DNA of 63,911 bases, counting the filler, from Nitrospirae bacterium CG2_30_53_67 (GTDB taxonomy: Bacteria; CG2-30-53-67), in NCBI GenBank assembly GCA_001873285.1. It is 6 parts of 6 records of this genome, joined end to end, with 100 filler letters (N's around TTAATTAATTAA, not from the genome) between each part and the next. Parts side by side here need not be neighbours in the genome. Positions count along the whole stretch, not along the records: positions 12,984 to 34,142 come from MNYV01000003.1; positions 34,243 to 55,557 come from MNYV01000181.1; 4 more parts are not named here. One strand, 5' to 3'. The position numbers were made by a program, and so were the translations under genes. The first letter of the stretch is position 1. Each line of letters starts with the position of its first letter. Below the pieces are notes generated by a model that saw nothing but the letters and a program-made list of their open reading frames with translations, made no database searches and was not told the DNA's origin. This document shows positions 27,874 through 37,745 of the stretch, in pieces.

Positions 27874-29871
27874 TCATCCCCTCGGCCTGTAAAGATGCAT
27901 GACCGAAAGCCCGTACAGGAACAATGCCGGAATCGCGAACCAGAACCGTGCGCTTAAGGAGAAAGCCCGAACCGTCATCGGGTCTTGACAAAGGAAGTCC
28001 CGGAAAAACGCGTAGACGAAAAAAACCACGGCAAAAGAGAGCACGAAAAAGCCCTTCAAAAATCGGCCGGAGTAGATGTATCCTCCCCCCGGTATCAATA
28101 GCCCCAGGATCCTTCTCGTCTCGATTTTTTTATCCATGTATCTTCGGATCTCAATGATCTTCTTCGTCCTCTGTTTGACTTCCACGCCGGACTGTTTTTC
28201 AAACACATGGATACATTGTGAACAGACCAAATCCATCTCAACGATGGTCCGGCATCTCCTGCAGTAGACCGCCCCGCACTTCACGCAGCGGCGGGCAATA
28301 CCGAAGCGTTTCCGTACATAATGAAGCGAAAAAACAGCAAGGAGCATGACCAAAGGGGCAACAAGATACAAGACTTTTCCCCCAAGAAAAGAAAACCCCT
28401 TCGTATGCATTCCGGCCATGGATAAGAGTTGATCCGTAAATCGTCCGGCGAGCCATTCCTTGGTGAAGGTCTCATCAATGAGAATACGGTTGTAACTCGG
28501 GCCCAGGATATTCACATAATAAGAGATCCGGTCCGGATCCAGCTCCTTGGCCTTATTATACTCCGCCTCACTCTCCTGGAGCATCAGCTGATCCCGGTGC
28601 GCCGCACTGAGATTAAAATAAGATGACGCAATTTGAGGATCGTGGGCGATCGCCTGCTTGTACATGTCGACGGCTTTTGCAAGGTCACGACCGGCATAAA
28701 AGGCGTTTCCCAGATTATTGTAATAGACGGCCATATCGGGGTTCAAAGAGACGGCCTTCTCGAGCCTTGCCTCTGCTTCTGCATATTCCCCCCGTTTTTT
28801 GTAGGCCGTTCCGAGCATGAAAAACAGGGAATCGTCCTTGGGATGATGAGCGGTCAGACCGAGGAGAGCGGCGACGGCGGCATCGTCTGAAACCCCATCC
28901 TGGTGATGGATGACGGCCTGGATCCAGTCGCTGTGCAGAAGCTCCATCCCCCGCTGGAGACCTCCCATATAAAAGGGACCCGCCGCCGTGAACAGAATAA
29001 ACAGGAGGTGCAGGAACCGCTCTTTGCTTCTGCCGTAGCTCCAGAAAAGCAAAGCCCAGAAAAGGCACAAGCCGTAGATTCCCAGTCCGAACAGCAGAGG
29101 GGCGGCAAGGATCAGGGCCGTCATGGCCGCCGTCCCTGCTCGATGAGGTTCTCCAGGCAGCGCCTCGTAAATGTTGTGCATTAAAAGCGGATAATATCGG
29201 ATGAGCTGAACCAGATAAAAGGCCCCGAAAAAGGCAATACCGATGATCATGAGGGTCAGGCTGACATTGATGATAAAATAAACGGCATGATCAAAGCTCT
29301 CGGGGACGGACCGCAGGGCCATGATCCATTCGAGGGCAATTCGATACAGGTTCAATTTACTCTGCTTCCAGTAGACCTGCGCCATAATTTTATGGGGTTC
29401 GGGGAGCCCGGGGGAGAAGGCTTCGGCAAAATTGCAGCGGGAGACGGCCTCTTCATGCCTCCCCAATTCAGAGAGGGTCCCGGCCTCTCGCAGCAGGGAG
29501 GCCGAATAAGGGCGCATTCGAACCGCTCCCAGGTCAATCATCTGTTCATACAATTTCTCAAGAAGCCCGGCGCTGACTTTTTTGTCGCCGATGGCGAGAT
29601 ACCGTTTCCTGAGGAACCACTCCTTCTCCAGCCTGTCGAAAGGGCGAAGGGAATCATTCGCCTCAAGATCGGACAGCGGGCGCCGAAGGATTTCCATGGG
29701 GACGTTGAGGGACGTCTGATCCTGAACCACATCGATCCACTCGTTGGGAGCGCCGGTTCCCGGAAGACCGATCAGAATCCCGCAAACGAACAGGACAAAG
29801 GATAAAAGGCGGGCAGCCGATCCACGCCTCAGAGAAAACCGTTTTGCCTGATGTAAAAGCATGAAGATCAA
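27874..29871 (-). CDS. Membrane protein with TPR repeats and a Cys-rich (Zn-finger-like) segment
   Basis: TPR (YYNNLGNAFY), TM helices, CVKC..CRRC..CSQC. Confidence 0.75.
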   Translation of the reverse strand: MIFMLLHQAKRFSLRRGSAARLLSFVLFVCGILIGLPGTGAPNEWIDVVQDQTSLNVPMEILRRPLSDLEANDSLRPFDRLEKEWFLRKRYLAIGDKKVSAGLLEKLYEQMIDLGAVRMRPYSASLLREAGTLSELGRHEEAVSRCNFAEAFSPGLPEPHKIMAQVYWKQSKLNLYRIALEWIMALRSVPESFDHAVYFIINVSLTLMIIGIAFFGAFYLVQLIRYYPLLMHNIYEALPGEPHRAGTAAMTALILAAPLLFGLGIYGLCLFWALLFWSYGRSKERFLHLLFILFTAAGPFYMGGLQRGMELLHSDWIQAVIHHQDGVSDDAAVAALLGLTAHHPKDDSLFFMLGTAYKKRGEYAEAEARLEKAVSLNPDMAVYYNNLGNAFYAGRDLAKAVDMYKQAIAHDPQIASSYFNLSAAHRDQLMLQESEAEYNKAKELDPDRISYYVNILGPSYNRILIDETFTKEWLAGRFTDQLLSMAGMHTKGFSFLGGKVLYLVAPLVMLLAVFSLHYVRKRFGIARRCVKCGAVYCRRCRTIVEMDLVCSQCIHVFEKQSGVEVKQRTKKIIEIRRYMDKKIETRRILGLLIPGGGYIYSGRFLKGFFVLSFAVVFFVYAFFRDFLCQDPMTVRAFSLSARFWFAIPALFLYGLSVMHLYRPRG

Positions 29872-30452
29872 CGCGGCCTCTCCTCTCCACGGATGAGGCG
29901 TTTGATATTGTCTTTATGGCGAACCAGCATCATCAGCCCCACCAGAAGCGCGAACCAGGTCTTAACCGGGCTCCCTCCCATGAACAAGGCAAGCCCGGGC
30001 AGCATGACCGACACGGTCAGCGCGCCCACAGACGAGATGCGGGTCAGTGCGAACGCCGCAGCCCAGATCAGAAGGAGAAGGAATCCGATTCCCGGCATAT
30101 ATCCAAGAAGCACGCCGAAGGTCGTGGCCACACCTTTGCCCCCTTTAAATCCGAAATAAACCGGGAAATTGTGGCCGAGGATCGCGAAGAAAGCCGACAA
30201 GGCCAGCCACCTTTCCTGATCGGTCATAGCCCTGGCGATCCAGACCGCAACCGTCCCCTTGAGCAGATCCCCGGCCAACGTCATCCATCCTTCCCGCTTT
30301 CCGATCACCCGGAAGACATTGGTACATCCGATATTCCCGCTCCCATGCTCCCTCAGGTTGACTCCAAGCCTCCTGGAAATCAAGATCCCGAAACAAACCG
30401 AACCGAGCAGATAGGACAAGAGCGCCGAGAGTAGAGGAGTCAAGGCCGTCAT
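29868..30452 (-). CDS. plsY: Glycerol-3-phosphate acyltransferase PlsY
   Basis: YLLGS, GSGNIGCTN, GHNFP, GGKGVAT, RHKDNIKRL. Confidence 0.95.
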   Translation of the reverse strand: MTALTPLLSALLSYLLGSVCFGILISRRLGVNLREHGSGNIGCTNVFRVIGKREGWMTLAGDLLKGTVAVWIARAMTDQERWLALSAFFAILGHNFPVYFGFKGGKGVATTFGVLLGYMPGIGFLLLLIWAAAFALTRISSVGALTVSVMLPGLALFMGGSPVKTWFALLVGLMMLVRHKDNIKRLIRGEERPR

Positions 30453-30991
30453 ACAAGATCCATCTCTTTCACGAAGCGTCTGATATACTGGAAACCTGAA
30501 ATCACGGACAGGATCATGGCCGTCCAGATTGAAAGGGTTCCCAGGATATGCCAGTTGAATATCCAGAACCGGTTATCAAGCAGGAGCATCAGGATCGCCG
30601 TAATCAGCGCGCCCATCTTATACTTGCCCATCCGGTCAGCAGGCATGACGACCCCCTCTGCAGAGGCCATGGCACGGATGCCGGTGACGGCGAACTCCCG
30701 TGCAATGATGATGATCACAATCCACGCCGCCGCCCTTTGAAGCTGCACCAGAAAGATCAGGGCCGCCGAAGTCAGGATCTTGTCCGCAATAGGATCCAGC
30801 AGCTTGCCCAGTTTGGTGATTTGATTGGTGCTTCGTGCAATATACCCGTCAAAAAAATCGGTGATCGAGGCCAATGAAAAAACAACAAAAGGCCACACAC
30901 ACACCGTTCCAGGCCCGGCAGGAAGTAAGAGGAGAATGAAAAAAGGGATCAAGATAATCCGCAAGACGGACAGCATGTTCGGAATATTCAA
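30449..30991 (-). CDS. pgsA: CDP-diacylglycerol--glycerol-3-phosphate 3-phosphatidyltransferase
   Basis: NIPN.LS..R, DFFDGYIAR...GKLLDPIADK. Confidence 0.95.
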   Translation of the reverse strand: MNIPNMLSVLRIILIPFFILLLLPAGPGTVCVWPFVVFSLASITDFFDGYIARSTNQITKLGKLLDPIADKILTSAALIFLVQLQRAAAWIVIIIIAREFAVTGIRAMASAEGVVMPADRMGKYKMGALITAILMLLLDNRFWIFNWHILGTLSIWTAMILSVISGFQYIRRFVKEMDLV

Positions 30992-31253
30992 GAGGGCCTC
31001 GTATGAAATAAGTATAACTGTTTGATAATAATACTATTTCTAAAACACTATTGTCAACTGAGAAGTGCCCCCGGGTCTGCGATAAAAATGCCTGTCCTCC
31101 GACCGGATCGGGGGATGGGTACACGTCCGGATTACATAGGGTTGTCATTGTCCGGTCCTCCGATCAAGTCGGTTTGTTATTTCTTTACAGGCAAAACAAA
31201 TTCTGTTAAATTGCCCTGAGAACGGGCTTTGAATTTCAAAGAATGGATTTCCC

Positions 31254-31952
31254 ATGGCTGAAAGATCGAATGAAAAAAACCTCCGGCTCTTAAAAAAAAT
31301 CCCGTTTCTCGCTCCCCTCAAGGAAGAGGAACTCCGCTCGCTCCTCCCGTTTCTCAAAGAGAAAAAATTTAAAAAGAATCAGGCGCTCTTCCATGAGGGG
31401 GAACCGGGGCGCTCTCTATTCTTGATCCGCTCCGGCAATGTGAAGGTCTACAAACTCTCCTCAGATGGGAAAGAAAAGATTCTCCGCATCTTCGGCCCGG
31501 ACGATTTCTTTGCGGAACTCCCCTTGCTGGATGGAGGGAAATACCCCGCATCCGCTGAAACCTTGTCGGACTGCACCCTCCTCTGCCTGAGCCGTGAAGA
31601 TTTTCTCAAGACCTTATCCGCGAACCCAACGATCATGAAGAAGATTTACGAGGTGGTCGGTGAGCGCCTCCGTCATTTTACGACCATGGTCACCGATCTG
31701 ACCTTGAAAGACGCCTCATGCCGGCTGGCCGGCTTCCTTCTGGACATGGCCGAGAAGAAAGACCCCTTCTCCTCAAAGGTGATCCGTTTCCCCATGGAAC
31801 TGACGCATCAGGATATCGCTTCGATCATCGGCACGGCCCGGGAAACGGTCTCACGCACCCTGATGCAGTTCCAAAGGGAGGGGATGATCGAAATCAAGGA
31901 ACGGTATATCACCATCCTCGATAAAGAACGCCTGACTCAGGCGGCCCGTTAA
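31254..31952 (+). CDS. Crp/Fnr family transcriptional regulator
   Basis: cNMP-binding domain and HTH LTHQDIASIIGTARETVSR. Confidence 0.93.
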   Translation: MAERSNEKNLRLLKKIPFLAPLKEEELRSLLPFLKEKKFKKNQALFHEGEPGRSLFLIRSGNVKVYKLSSDGKEKILRIFGPDDFFAELPLLDGGKYPASAETLSDCTLLCLSREDFLKTLSANPTIMKKIYEVVGERLRHFTTMVTDLTLKDASCRLAGFLLDMAEKKDPFSSKVIRFPMELTHQDIASIIGTARETVSRTLMQFQREGMIEIKERYITILDKERLTQAAR

Positions 31953-31957
31953 GAAAA

Positions 31958-32935
31958 TCAGAGATATTTTTGCAGCTTGGGAAGGATCTCGTTTGCATAT
32001 CGGAAGAATTCATCGGCCACAATGGCTACAAAGAGCCCTTTTTCACCCCGTCTCTCAAGAACCTTCATGCCATAGACCGTCATACCCGAAGACGGCCCGG
32101 CCACGATCCCTTCCATGGTAATCAGTTCCACCAAGGTCCGGTAGGCATCGTCCGAATCAATGAGCAGTTTTTCATCAACAAGGGATTCGTCATAGACGTC
32201 GGGTTTCATGGTATATTCCGTGTTCCGGAGGCCGTAAAACTCGTGGCTCTTCTCGCTCGGTTCCACGGAGATGATCTTGACCCTGGGATTCTTCTCCTTG
32301 AGAAACCTTCCGACACCCGTAATGGTCCCGCCGGTCCCGACACCGCAGACGAAATGCGTAATCTTCCCGCCTGTCTGCTCCCAGATCTCAGGCCCCGTGG
32401 TCTGGTAATGAATCTCCGGATTATGCGGGTTGCCGTACTGATAAGGGACAAAGTGATCTTTCCGGTTCTTATAGCCGAAGGCTGATGCGATGGCCCCTTC
32501 TCCTGGGAACCTCGGACAGGCGTCGTCCGGCGCAAGATCCATGGCCTTTGTGGTCAGGGTCAGAAGCGCCTTCTTGCCTGCCGGGATCTGCTCACCGGCC
32601 GTGATGATCGGCTTTTTGAAACCCATCAGATTTAAAAAAACACTGAGGGCCACGCCGGTGTTGCCCGACGTAGGCTCCACACAGGTTGTCTCAGGACCGA
32701 GATCCCTGTCCCGGATCGCGCCGGTGATCATGCCGTAAGCGGTCCGGTCCTTGATCGAGCCCACGGGGTTGAAAAACTCGAGCTTGGCGCAGGCCGTCCT
32801 GTCGGACGTCGGGGGGATGATGCGATTCAGGCGGACCATGGGCGTATCGCCGATCAGTTCCGTGATATCGTTATAAATCCGATGGCGCCGTAAGGCCCTT
32901 TTCTCCTCTGCATGTGGGAAAACCTGCGGCTTCAC
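31958..32935 (-). CDS. PLP-dependent cysteine synthase family protein
   Basis: IGDTPMV, NPVGSIKDR, EPTSGNTG, GTGGT. Confidence 0.9.
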   Translation of the reverse strand: MKPQVFPHAEEKRALRRHRIYNDITELIGDTPMVRLNRIIPPTSDRTACAKLEFFNPVGSIKDRTAYGMITGAIRDRDLGPETTCVEPTSGNTGVALSVFLNLMGFKKPIITAGEQIPAGKKALLTLTTKAMDLAPDDACPRFPGEGAIASAFGYKNRKDHFVPYQYGNPHNPEIHYQTTGPEIWEQTGGKITHFVCGVGTGGTITGVGRFLKEKNPRVKIISVEPSEKSHEFYGLRNTEYTMKPDVYDESLVDEKLLIDSDDAYRTLVELITMEGIVAGPSSGMTVYGMKVLERRGEKGLFVAIVADEFFRYANEILPKLQKYL

Positions 32936-33186
32936 TCCGCACCCCCTCCCTTTCTGGCGATGATCTGCCAGTCGGTATCATTGATCCGGCTGACGTTTAG
33001 CACTTCATTCCCCTCCCCTTTCAGGCTCTTCGGAACGCTCTCGGTAGCGGGCAGGTGGTCAACAATCACCCGCAGAACCTGACCGGGTTTCATGGTCTCC
33101 AAGGCCAGCTTGGTCTTTACAAAGGTGTACGGGCAGACCTCGCCCTTGATATTGATCTCTTTATCAATCCTGATCTCGTTTTTCAT
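32932..33186 (-). CDS. TusA/SirA family sulfur carrier
   Basis: INIKGEVCPYTFVKTKLAL motif. Confidence 0.88.
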   Translation of the reverse strand: MKNEIRIDKEINIKGEVCPYTFVKTKLALETMKPGQVLRVIVDHLPATESVPKSLKGEGNEVLNVSRINDTDWQIIARKGGGAE

Positions 33187-33209
33187 ACCACTGAACTCCT
33201 TTCTCTTTC

Positions 33210-33473
33210 CTACCAGCAGACCACGGAATCCGCCTCAAGAAGCATCTTCACGATCTCTTCGTATCCTACGAGCTGGGCCTTGGTCTTCACTCCCCTTGCC
33301 GCCACGTCATCCCTGCATGCAAATACGCCGTCCGCATCCACGGGGCCGGACGCAAGCACCGCGTCATGCAGAAGGAGAACAAGAACCTGACCGTCCTTTT
33401 TCTCCCTCTGCCGCAAGGCCGCCTCCCAGGCGTAGGTATCATTCGTCTTTTTTATAATATGAAGGACCTTCAT
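33210..33473 (-). CDS. DsrH/TusB-like sulfur relay protein
   Basis: LLLHDAV, DDVAARG, C-terminal VVCW. Confidence 0.8.
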   Translation of the reverse strand: MKVLHIIKKTNDTYAWEAALRQREKKDGQVLVLLLHDAVLASGPVDADGVFACRDDVAARGVKTKAQLVGYEEIVKMLLEADSVVCW

Positions 33474-33503
33474 CTTCCCCCCAAATCGTATATCGTTTGC
33501 ATC

Positions 33504-33848
33504 CTAAAACCCGATGACCCGGTCGCTTCCCTCTATGATCCGGCCGATCTCCTTTCGGCTCTTCACATTCAGCGCAACCCCCCGATCCGGAAGCCCCCTT
33601 GTCTCCATGGACTCCTTTTCAACAACCAGTTCGCAGCCGAGTTCTTTCAGCGTCTCCATATGCCGCTTGATATCAGGATATCCGATCACATCGGGAGCCG
33701 GGAAAACCGACAGGTAAACCCCATCCTCAACGAAGACCACGGTCACTTTGTTATTGGTCAGGGTCAGCCCCAGGCTCATACGGAGGGCATCCGAGACAGC
33801 CATACTATTGAACGGGGAGCGCCTGATCACAGTGGTCACTTTCTTCAC
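33504..33848 (-). CDS. DsrF/TusC-like (DsrE family) protein
   Basis: RRSPF..ALRM, VFVEDGVY, ESMETRGL. Confidence 0.8.
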   Translation of the reverse strand: MKKVTTVIRRSPFNSMAVSDALRMSLGLTLTNNKVTVVFVEDGVYLSVFPAPDVIGYPDIKRHMETLKELGCELVVEKESMETRGLPDRGVALNVKSRKEIGRIIEGSDRVIGF

Positions 33849-33861
33849 ATTATCCCCCTTG

Positions 33862-34023
33862 GTGGCCCTGTTCGTAAATATGGTGACGTACCGAGAGGGT
33901 CGCAGGGCGGTCTCATCCCCGCGCGCGACTGAGGCGTACCCCTCTGGTACACCGCAAGGAGCGGAACGGAGAGAAGGCCGCCCTGCGGCACTCGAATGCC
34001 ACCGTATTTACGAATAGGGCCGC
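33862..34023. mobile_element. MITE-like element, family A, copy 2 (162 bp), between dsrE and dsrF
   Basis: Terminal inverted repeats GTGGCCCTGTTCGTAAATA ... TATTTACGAATAGGGCCGC; internal inverted repeat CGCAGGGCGG / CCGCCCTGCG; flanks TTG and TTA. Confidence 0.8.
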
Positions 34024-34027
34024 TTAG

Positions 34028-34142
34028 TCAGGTCAGGGCCAGAAAACCATCGGCCTTTGCAACCATCACGGCCAGATCATAGTAGCTGCCGAAGTGGATT
34101 CCGGTTTTTTTATCGAGACCTCTTTCCATGGCATCATAGGCA
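34028..34142 (-). CDS. C-terminal part of a DsrE/TusD-like protein (5' end lost in the gap)
   Basis: AYDAMERGLDKKTGIHFGSYYDLAVMVAKADGFLALT*, upstream of the dsrF/H-like genes. Confidence 0.7.
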
Positions 34143-34242
34143 NNNNNNNNNNNNNNNNNNNNNNNNNNNNNNNNNNNNNNNNNNNNTTAATTAATTAANN
34201 NNNNNNNNNNNNNNNNNNNNNNNNNNNNNNNNNNNNNNNNNN
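34143..34242. other. Artificial contig linker
   Basis: N-run, TTAATTAATTAA, N-run. Confidence 0.98.
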
Positions 34243-34260
34243 TAACTTGTTGTTTTTTAA

Positions 34261-34347
34261 TGGTGCCGAAGACGAGACTCGAACTCGTACGAGGTTTCCC
34301 CCACTGCCCCCTCAAGACAGCGTGTCTACCAGTTCCACCACTTCGGC
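34261..34347 (-). tRNA. tRNA-Leu (anticodon GAG)
   Basis: GCCGAAGTGGTGGAACTGGTAGACACG-CTGTC-TTGAGGG-GGCAG, long variable arm, GTTCGAGTC, encoded CCA. Confidence 0.95.
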
Positions 34348-34381
34348 AGGAAATCCTTGCAATCATCCTTTTGCAGGTTTT

Positions 34382-34410
34382 AATGTAGCCAGTTCATGAA
34401 ACCTTGTCAA
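34382..34410 (-). promoter_or_regulatory. Putative sigma70 promoter of tRNA-Leu
   Basis: Minus strand TTGACA-N17-TACATT. Confidence 0.6.
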
Positions 34411-34467
34411 GCAAAAACAAGGATGGATGCCGCCTGAAATTCCGGAGATGTTTTCCCGAATTATTCA

Positions 34468-34496
34468 TTGACAAGATTACCGGGTTTCATTATACT
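34468..34496 (+). promoter_or_regulatory. Putative sigma70 promoter of the TCA cluster
   Basis: TTGACA-N17-TATACT. Confidence 0.7.
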
Positions 34497-34621
34497 TTTC
34501 AAAATTGCATATCCGATAAAACGATAGCAGGATCCTAACCCCAGTATTCTTCATTCATTTAAAACCAGTGATTTGGAAGATGAAATGAGGTCATGTTTTA
34601 AAAACGGTTTTTTGATATGAG

Positions 34622-36436
34622 ATGAGGAGAATGTCCATGAGGAGAAAAAGGCCTGATTCAAGAATCACACCGGATTACCGCTTTGAACTCAAGGATGTGA
34701 AGGAACCGAATCTATTGCGTGATATGTTTCCATACGTTGAGGTTCCGAAGATCTTCTTTGCCGACCGGCTGATTCCCATGTCGCTTCCGGATGATTTCTG
34801 GATTACCGATACCACGTTTCGGGATGGACAGCAGGCGAGGCCCCCCTACACCCCTGAACAGATTCTGAAGATCTTTGATATGATGCACCGTCTTGGGGGG
34901 CCGAACGGAGTGATCCGGCAGTCCGAGTTCTTCCTGTACAGCGAGAAGGACCGGAAGGCGCTGGAATTGTGCATGGACCGCCGATACCCGTATCCTGAGA
35001 TCACCGGGTGGATCCGGGCCAAGAAGGAGGACTTCAAGCTCGTCCGGGAGGCCGGCCTCAAGGAGACCGGGATTCTGGTCTCCTGTTCGGATTACCATAT
35101 CTATCTTAAACTCAAGAAGACGCGCAAACAGGCCCTGAATGAGTATCTGGATGTGGTTCGCGCTTCGCTGGATGCGGGGATCGTGCCCAGATGCCATCTC
35201 GAGGATATCACCCGTGCGGACTTCTACGGATTTGTCATCCCCTTTGTGAACGAACTGATGCGTTTATCCGAAGAGAGCGGGATCCCGGTCAAGATCCGGG
35301 CCTGCGATACCATGGGGTACGCGGTCCCTTATCCGGGGGCGGCCCTTCCCCGAGGGGTTGCTGATCTGATCTACGGGCTGATTCATTACGGCGGCGTCCC
35401 TTCTCATCTTCTCGAGTGGCACGGGCACAATGATTTTCACAAGGTGCTGGCCAATGCGGCGACGGCCTGGCTGTACGGCTGCTGCGCCGCCAACGGGACT
35501 CTCCTCGGTTTCGGCGAACGGACAGGGAACCCGCCTATTGAAGGGCTGATCATCGAATACATGAGCCTCAAGGGCAAACAGAACGGCGTGGATCCCACGG
35601 TGATCACCGAGATCGCTAATTATTTTCAGGATGATCTGGGGTATCAAATCCCGTCCAATTATCCTTTTGTGGGCGAGGATTTCAATGTGACCAAGGCCGG
35701 TATACATGCCGACGGCGTGCTCAAGAACGAGGAGATTTATAACATCTTCGATACCCGGAGTCTCCTGAACCGGCCGCTCGGCGTGATCATCACGGACAAA
35801 TCCGGTGTGGCCGGGATCAGCTACTGGATCAACACGCACCTGCGTCAGACGGGCGGCCGCACCGTGGACAAGCACCATCCGGGCATTGCCCGCATCCACA
35901 GATGGGTGAGCGAGCAGTACGAACAGGGACGCATCACGGCGATCTCCAACGAAGAGATCCTGCATCAGGCGAGGAAGCATCTTCCTGAGTATTTTGTATC
36001 AGACCTGGACAAGATCAAGGCCAAGGCCCTCGACATGGCTCAGGGCATTGTGGAGAAAAGCGCCGCCACGCCGGATCTTCGTTCCATGAAACGTTCAAGG
36101 ATGGAAAAGACGCTGCGGAAACTGGTAGGGGATAATCCATTTATTCAATTTGCTTATATCACCAATACCGACGGGATCAAGGTGACCAGTCATATCACTC
36201 AGATCGGCGACAAGGCCAAATACCAGATATTTTCCGAGAAAGAGGATTTTTCCGACCGGTCATGGTTTATAGAACCGATGAAGGACGGCAAGACCCACGC
36301 GAGCGATCTTTACACCTCCAAGGCCACGGGGGTTCTGGCCATCACCGTCTCCACGCCGATTTTCGACAAAGAGGACGAGATTATCGGTGTTTTCGGCGTG
36401 GATATGCGTTTTGAAGACTTGATCAAAAGCGAATAA
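34622..36436 (+). CDS. Re-citrate synthase-like protein (DRE-TIM family) with C-terminal Cache/PDC-like domain
   Basis: PNLLRDMFPY, ITDTTFRDGQQARPPY, RCHLEDITRAD, HGHND, GERTGN; C-terminal DFSDRSWF..P...SDLYTS..TG...ITVS.PI...IGVFGVD. Confidence 0.8.
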   Translation: MRRMSMRRKRPDSRITPDYRFELKDVKEPNLLRDMFPYVEVPKIFFADRLIPMSLPDDFWITDTTFRDGQQARPPYTPEQILKIFDMMHRLGGPNGVIRQSEFFLYSEKDRKALELCMDRRYPYPEITGWIRAKKEDFKLVREAGLKETGILVSCSDYHIYLKLKKTRKQALNEYLDVVRASLDAGIVPRCHLEDITRADFYGFVIPFVNELMRLSEESGIPVKIRACDTMGYAVPYPGAALPRGVADLIYGLIHYGGVPSHLLEWHGHNDFHKVLANAATAWLYGCCAANGTLLGFGERTGNPPIEGLIIEYMSLKGKQNGVDPTVITEIANYFQDDLGYQIPSNYPFVGEDFNVTKAGIHADGVLKNEEIYNIFDTRSLLNRPLGVIITDKSGVAGISYWINTHLRQTGGRTVDKHHPGIARIHRWVSEQYEQGRITAISNEEILHQARKHLPEYFVSDLDKIKAKALDMAQGIVEKSAATPDLRSMKRSRMEKTLRKLVGDNPFIQFAYITNTDGIKVTSHITQIGDKAKYQIFSEKEDFSDRSWFIEPMKDGKTHASDLYTSKATGVLAITVSTPIFDKEDEIIGVFGVDMRFEDLIKSE

Positions 36437-36487
36437 TAGGACCACTAAGGCCTGCAAGGCGCAGGGCCGCTGAGGAGAAATATAAAA

Positions 36488-37732
36488 ATGGTCGAGTTTG
36501 AAAAGTTTACACCGCCCGAAGAGGGCGTGAGGATCATCGTCCGCCGCACAGGGCTGGACGTTCCGGATCATCCCGTGATCCCTTTTATCGAAGGGGACGG
36601 GATCGGGCCCGACATCATGCGCGCCGCCCAGCGCGTGCTGAACGCAGCCGTGGACAAGGCCTACAGCGGGGAACGCAGGCTCTGCTGGTACGAGATCTAT
36701 GCCGGGGAGAAGGCGCAGAAAAAGTTTGGAGAATGGATTCCCCAAGATACCTTTGAGGCCGTCCGGTATTTTTCCGTGGCCCTCAAAGGGCCGTTGACCA
36801 CCCCGGTGGGGGGGGGATTCCGAAGTCTCAATGTCGCCTTGCGGCAGACGCTGGACCTCTATGCCTGCGTCCGGCCGATCCGCTATTTTGAAGGGGTTCC
36901 TGCGCCGGTCAAGGAACCGCACAAGATGGATATGGTGATCTTCCGGGAAAACACCGAGGACGTCTATGCCGGAATCGAATGGCCCAAGGGTTCCGAGGAG
37001 GCCGGGAGAGTGATTGATTTTCTGAACCGGGAGATGGGGTGCTCTATTCTCCCGGATTCCGGGATCGGGATCAAACCCATGAGCGAGACCAGGAGCAAAC
37101 GGCTGATTCGCAAGGCCATCCGTTATGCCATTACCAGGAACCGCAAGAGCGTGACCCTGGTGCACAAAGGGAATATCATGAAATATACCGAAGGGGCCTT
37201 CCGGGACTGGGGCTATGAAACGGCGAGCCAGGAGTTCGGAAGGCAGACCATTATGGAAAAAGATCTTCATGGCGGGGAACTCCCCCCGGGCAAGATCCTG
37301 ATCAATGACCGGATCGCCGATGCCATGTTCCAGCAGATCCTGACCCGGACGGATGAATACAGCGTGCTCGCGACCCCGAACCTGAACGGGGATTACCTCT
37401 CGGATGCCTGCGCCGCTCAGGTCGGCGGGCTGGGACTCGCGCCAGGCGCCAATTTTGGGGATACCATGGCCGTCTTCGAGGCGACGCACGGCACGGCCCC
37501 GAAATATGCGGGCCAGGACAAGGTCAATCCGGGCTCCCTGATCCTCTCCGGGGTCATGATGCTGGAGCATCTGGGTTGGGATGAGGCCGGAGATATGATT
37601 GTCTCCGCCATAGAGGAGACCATACGCCGGAAGAAAGTGACCTATGACCTGGAACGGCTGATGGAGGGCGCCACACGGCTTTCCACGTCCCAGTTCGCGG
37701 ATGAGATCATCGCCGACATGAAGCCCCTGTAG
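36488..37732 (+). CDS. icd: Isocitrate dehydrogenase
   Basis: [48 protein letters not shown]. Confidence 0.96.
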   Translation: MVEFEKFTPPEEGVRIIVRRTGLDVPDHPVIPFIEGDGIGPDIMRAAQRVLNAAVDKAYSGERRLCWYEIYAGEKAQKKFGEWIPQDTFEAVRYFSVALKGPLTTPVGGGFRSLNVALRQTLDLYACVRPIRYFEGVPAPVKEPHKMDMVIFRENTEDVYAGIEWPKGSEEAGRVIDFLNREMGCSILPDSGIGIKPMSETRSKRLIRKAIRYAITRNRKSVTLVHKGNIMKYTEGAFRDWGYETASQEFGRQTIMEKDLHGGELPPGKILINDRIADAMFQQILTRTDEYSVLATPNLNGDYLSDACAAQVGGLGLAPGANFGDTMAVFEATHGTAPKYAGQDKVNPGSLILSGVMMLEHLGWDEAGDMIVSAIEETIRRKKVTYDLERLMEGATRLSTSQFADEIIADMKPL

Positions 37733-37745
37733 AGGAGAATTTGCC

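Noticed and set aside
34261..34347. tRNA-Leu as an integration site
   Set aside because: Only 18 nt of sequence are available past its 3' end, and no integrase or duplicated 3' end is visible.
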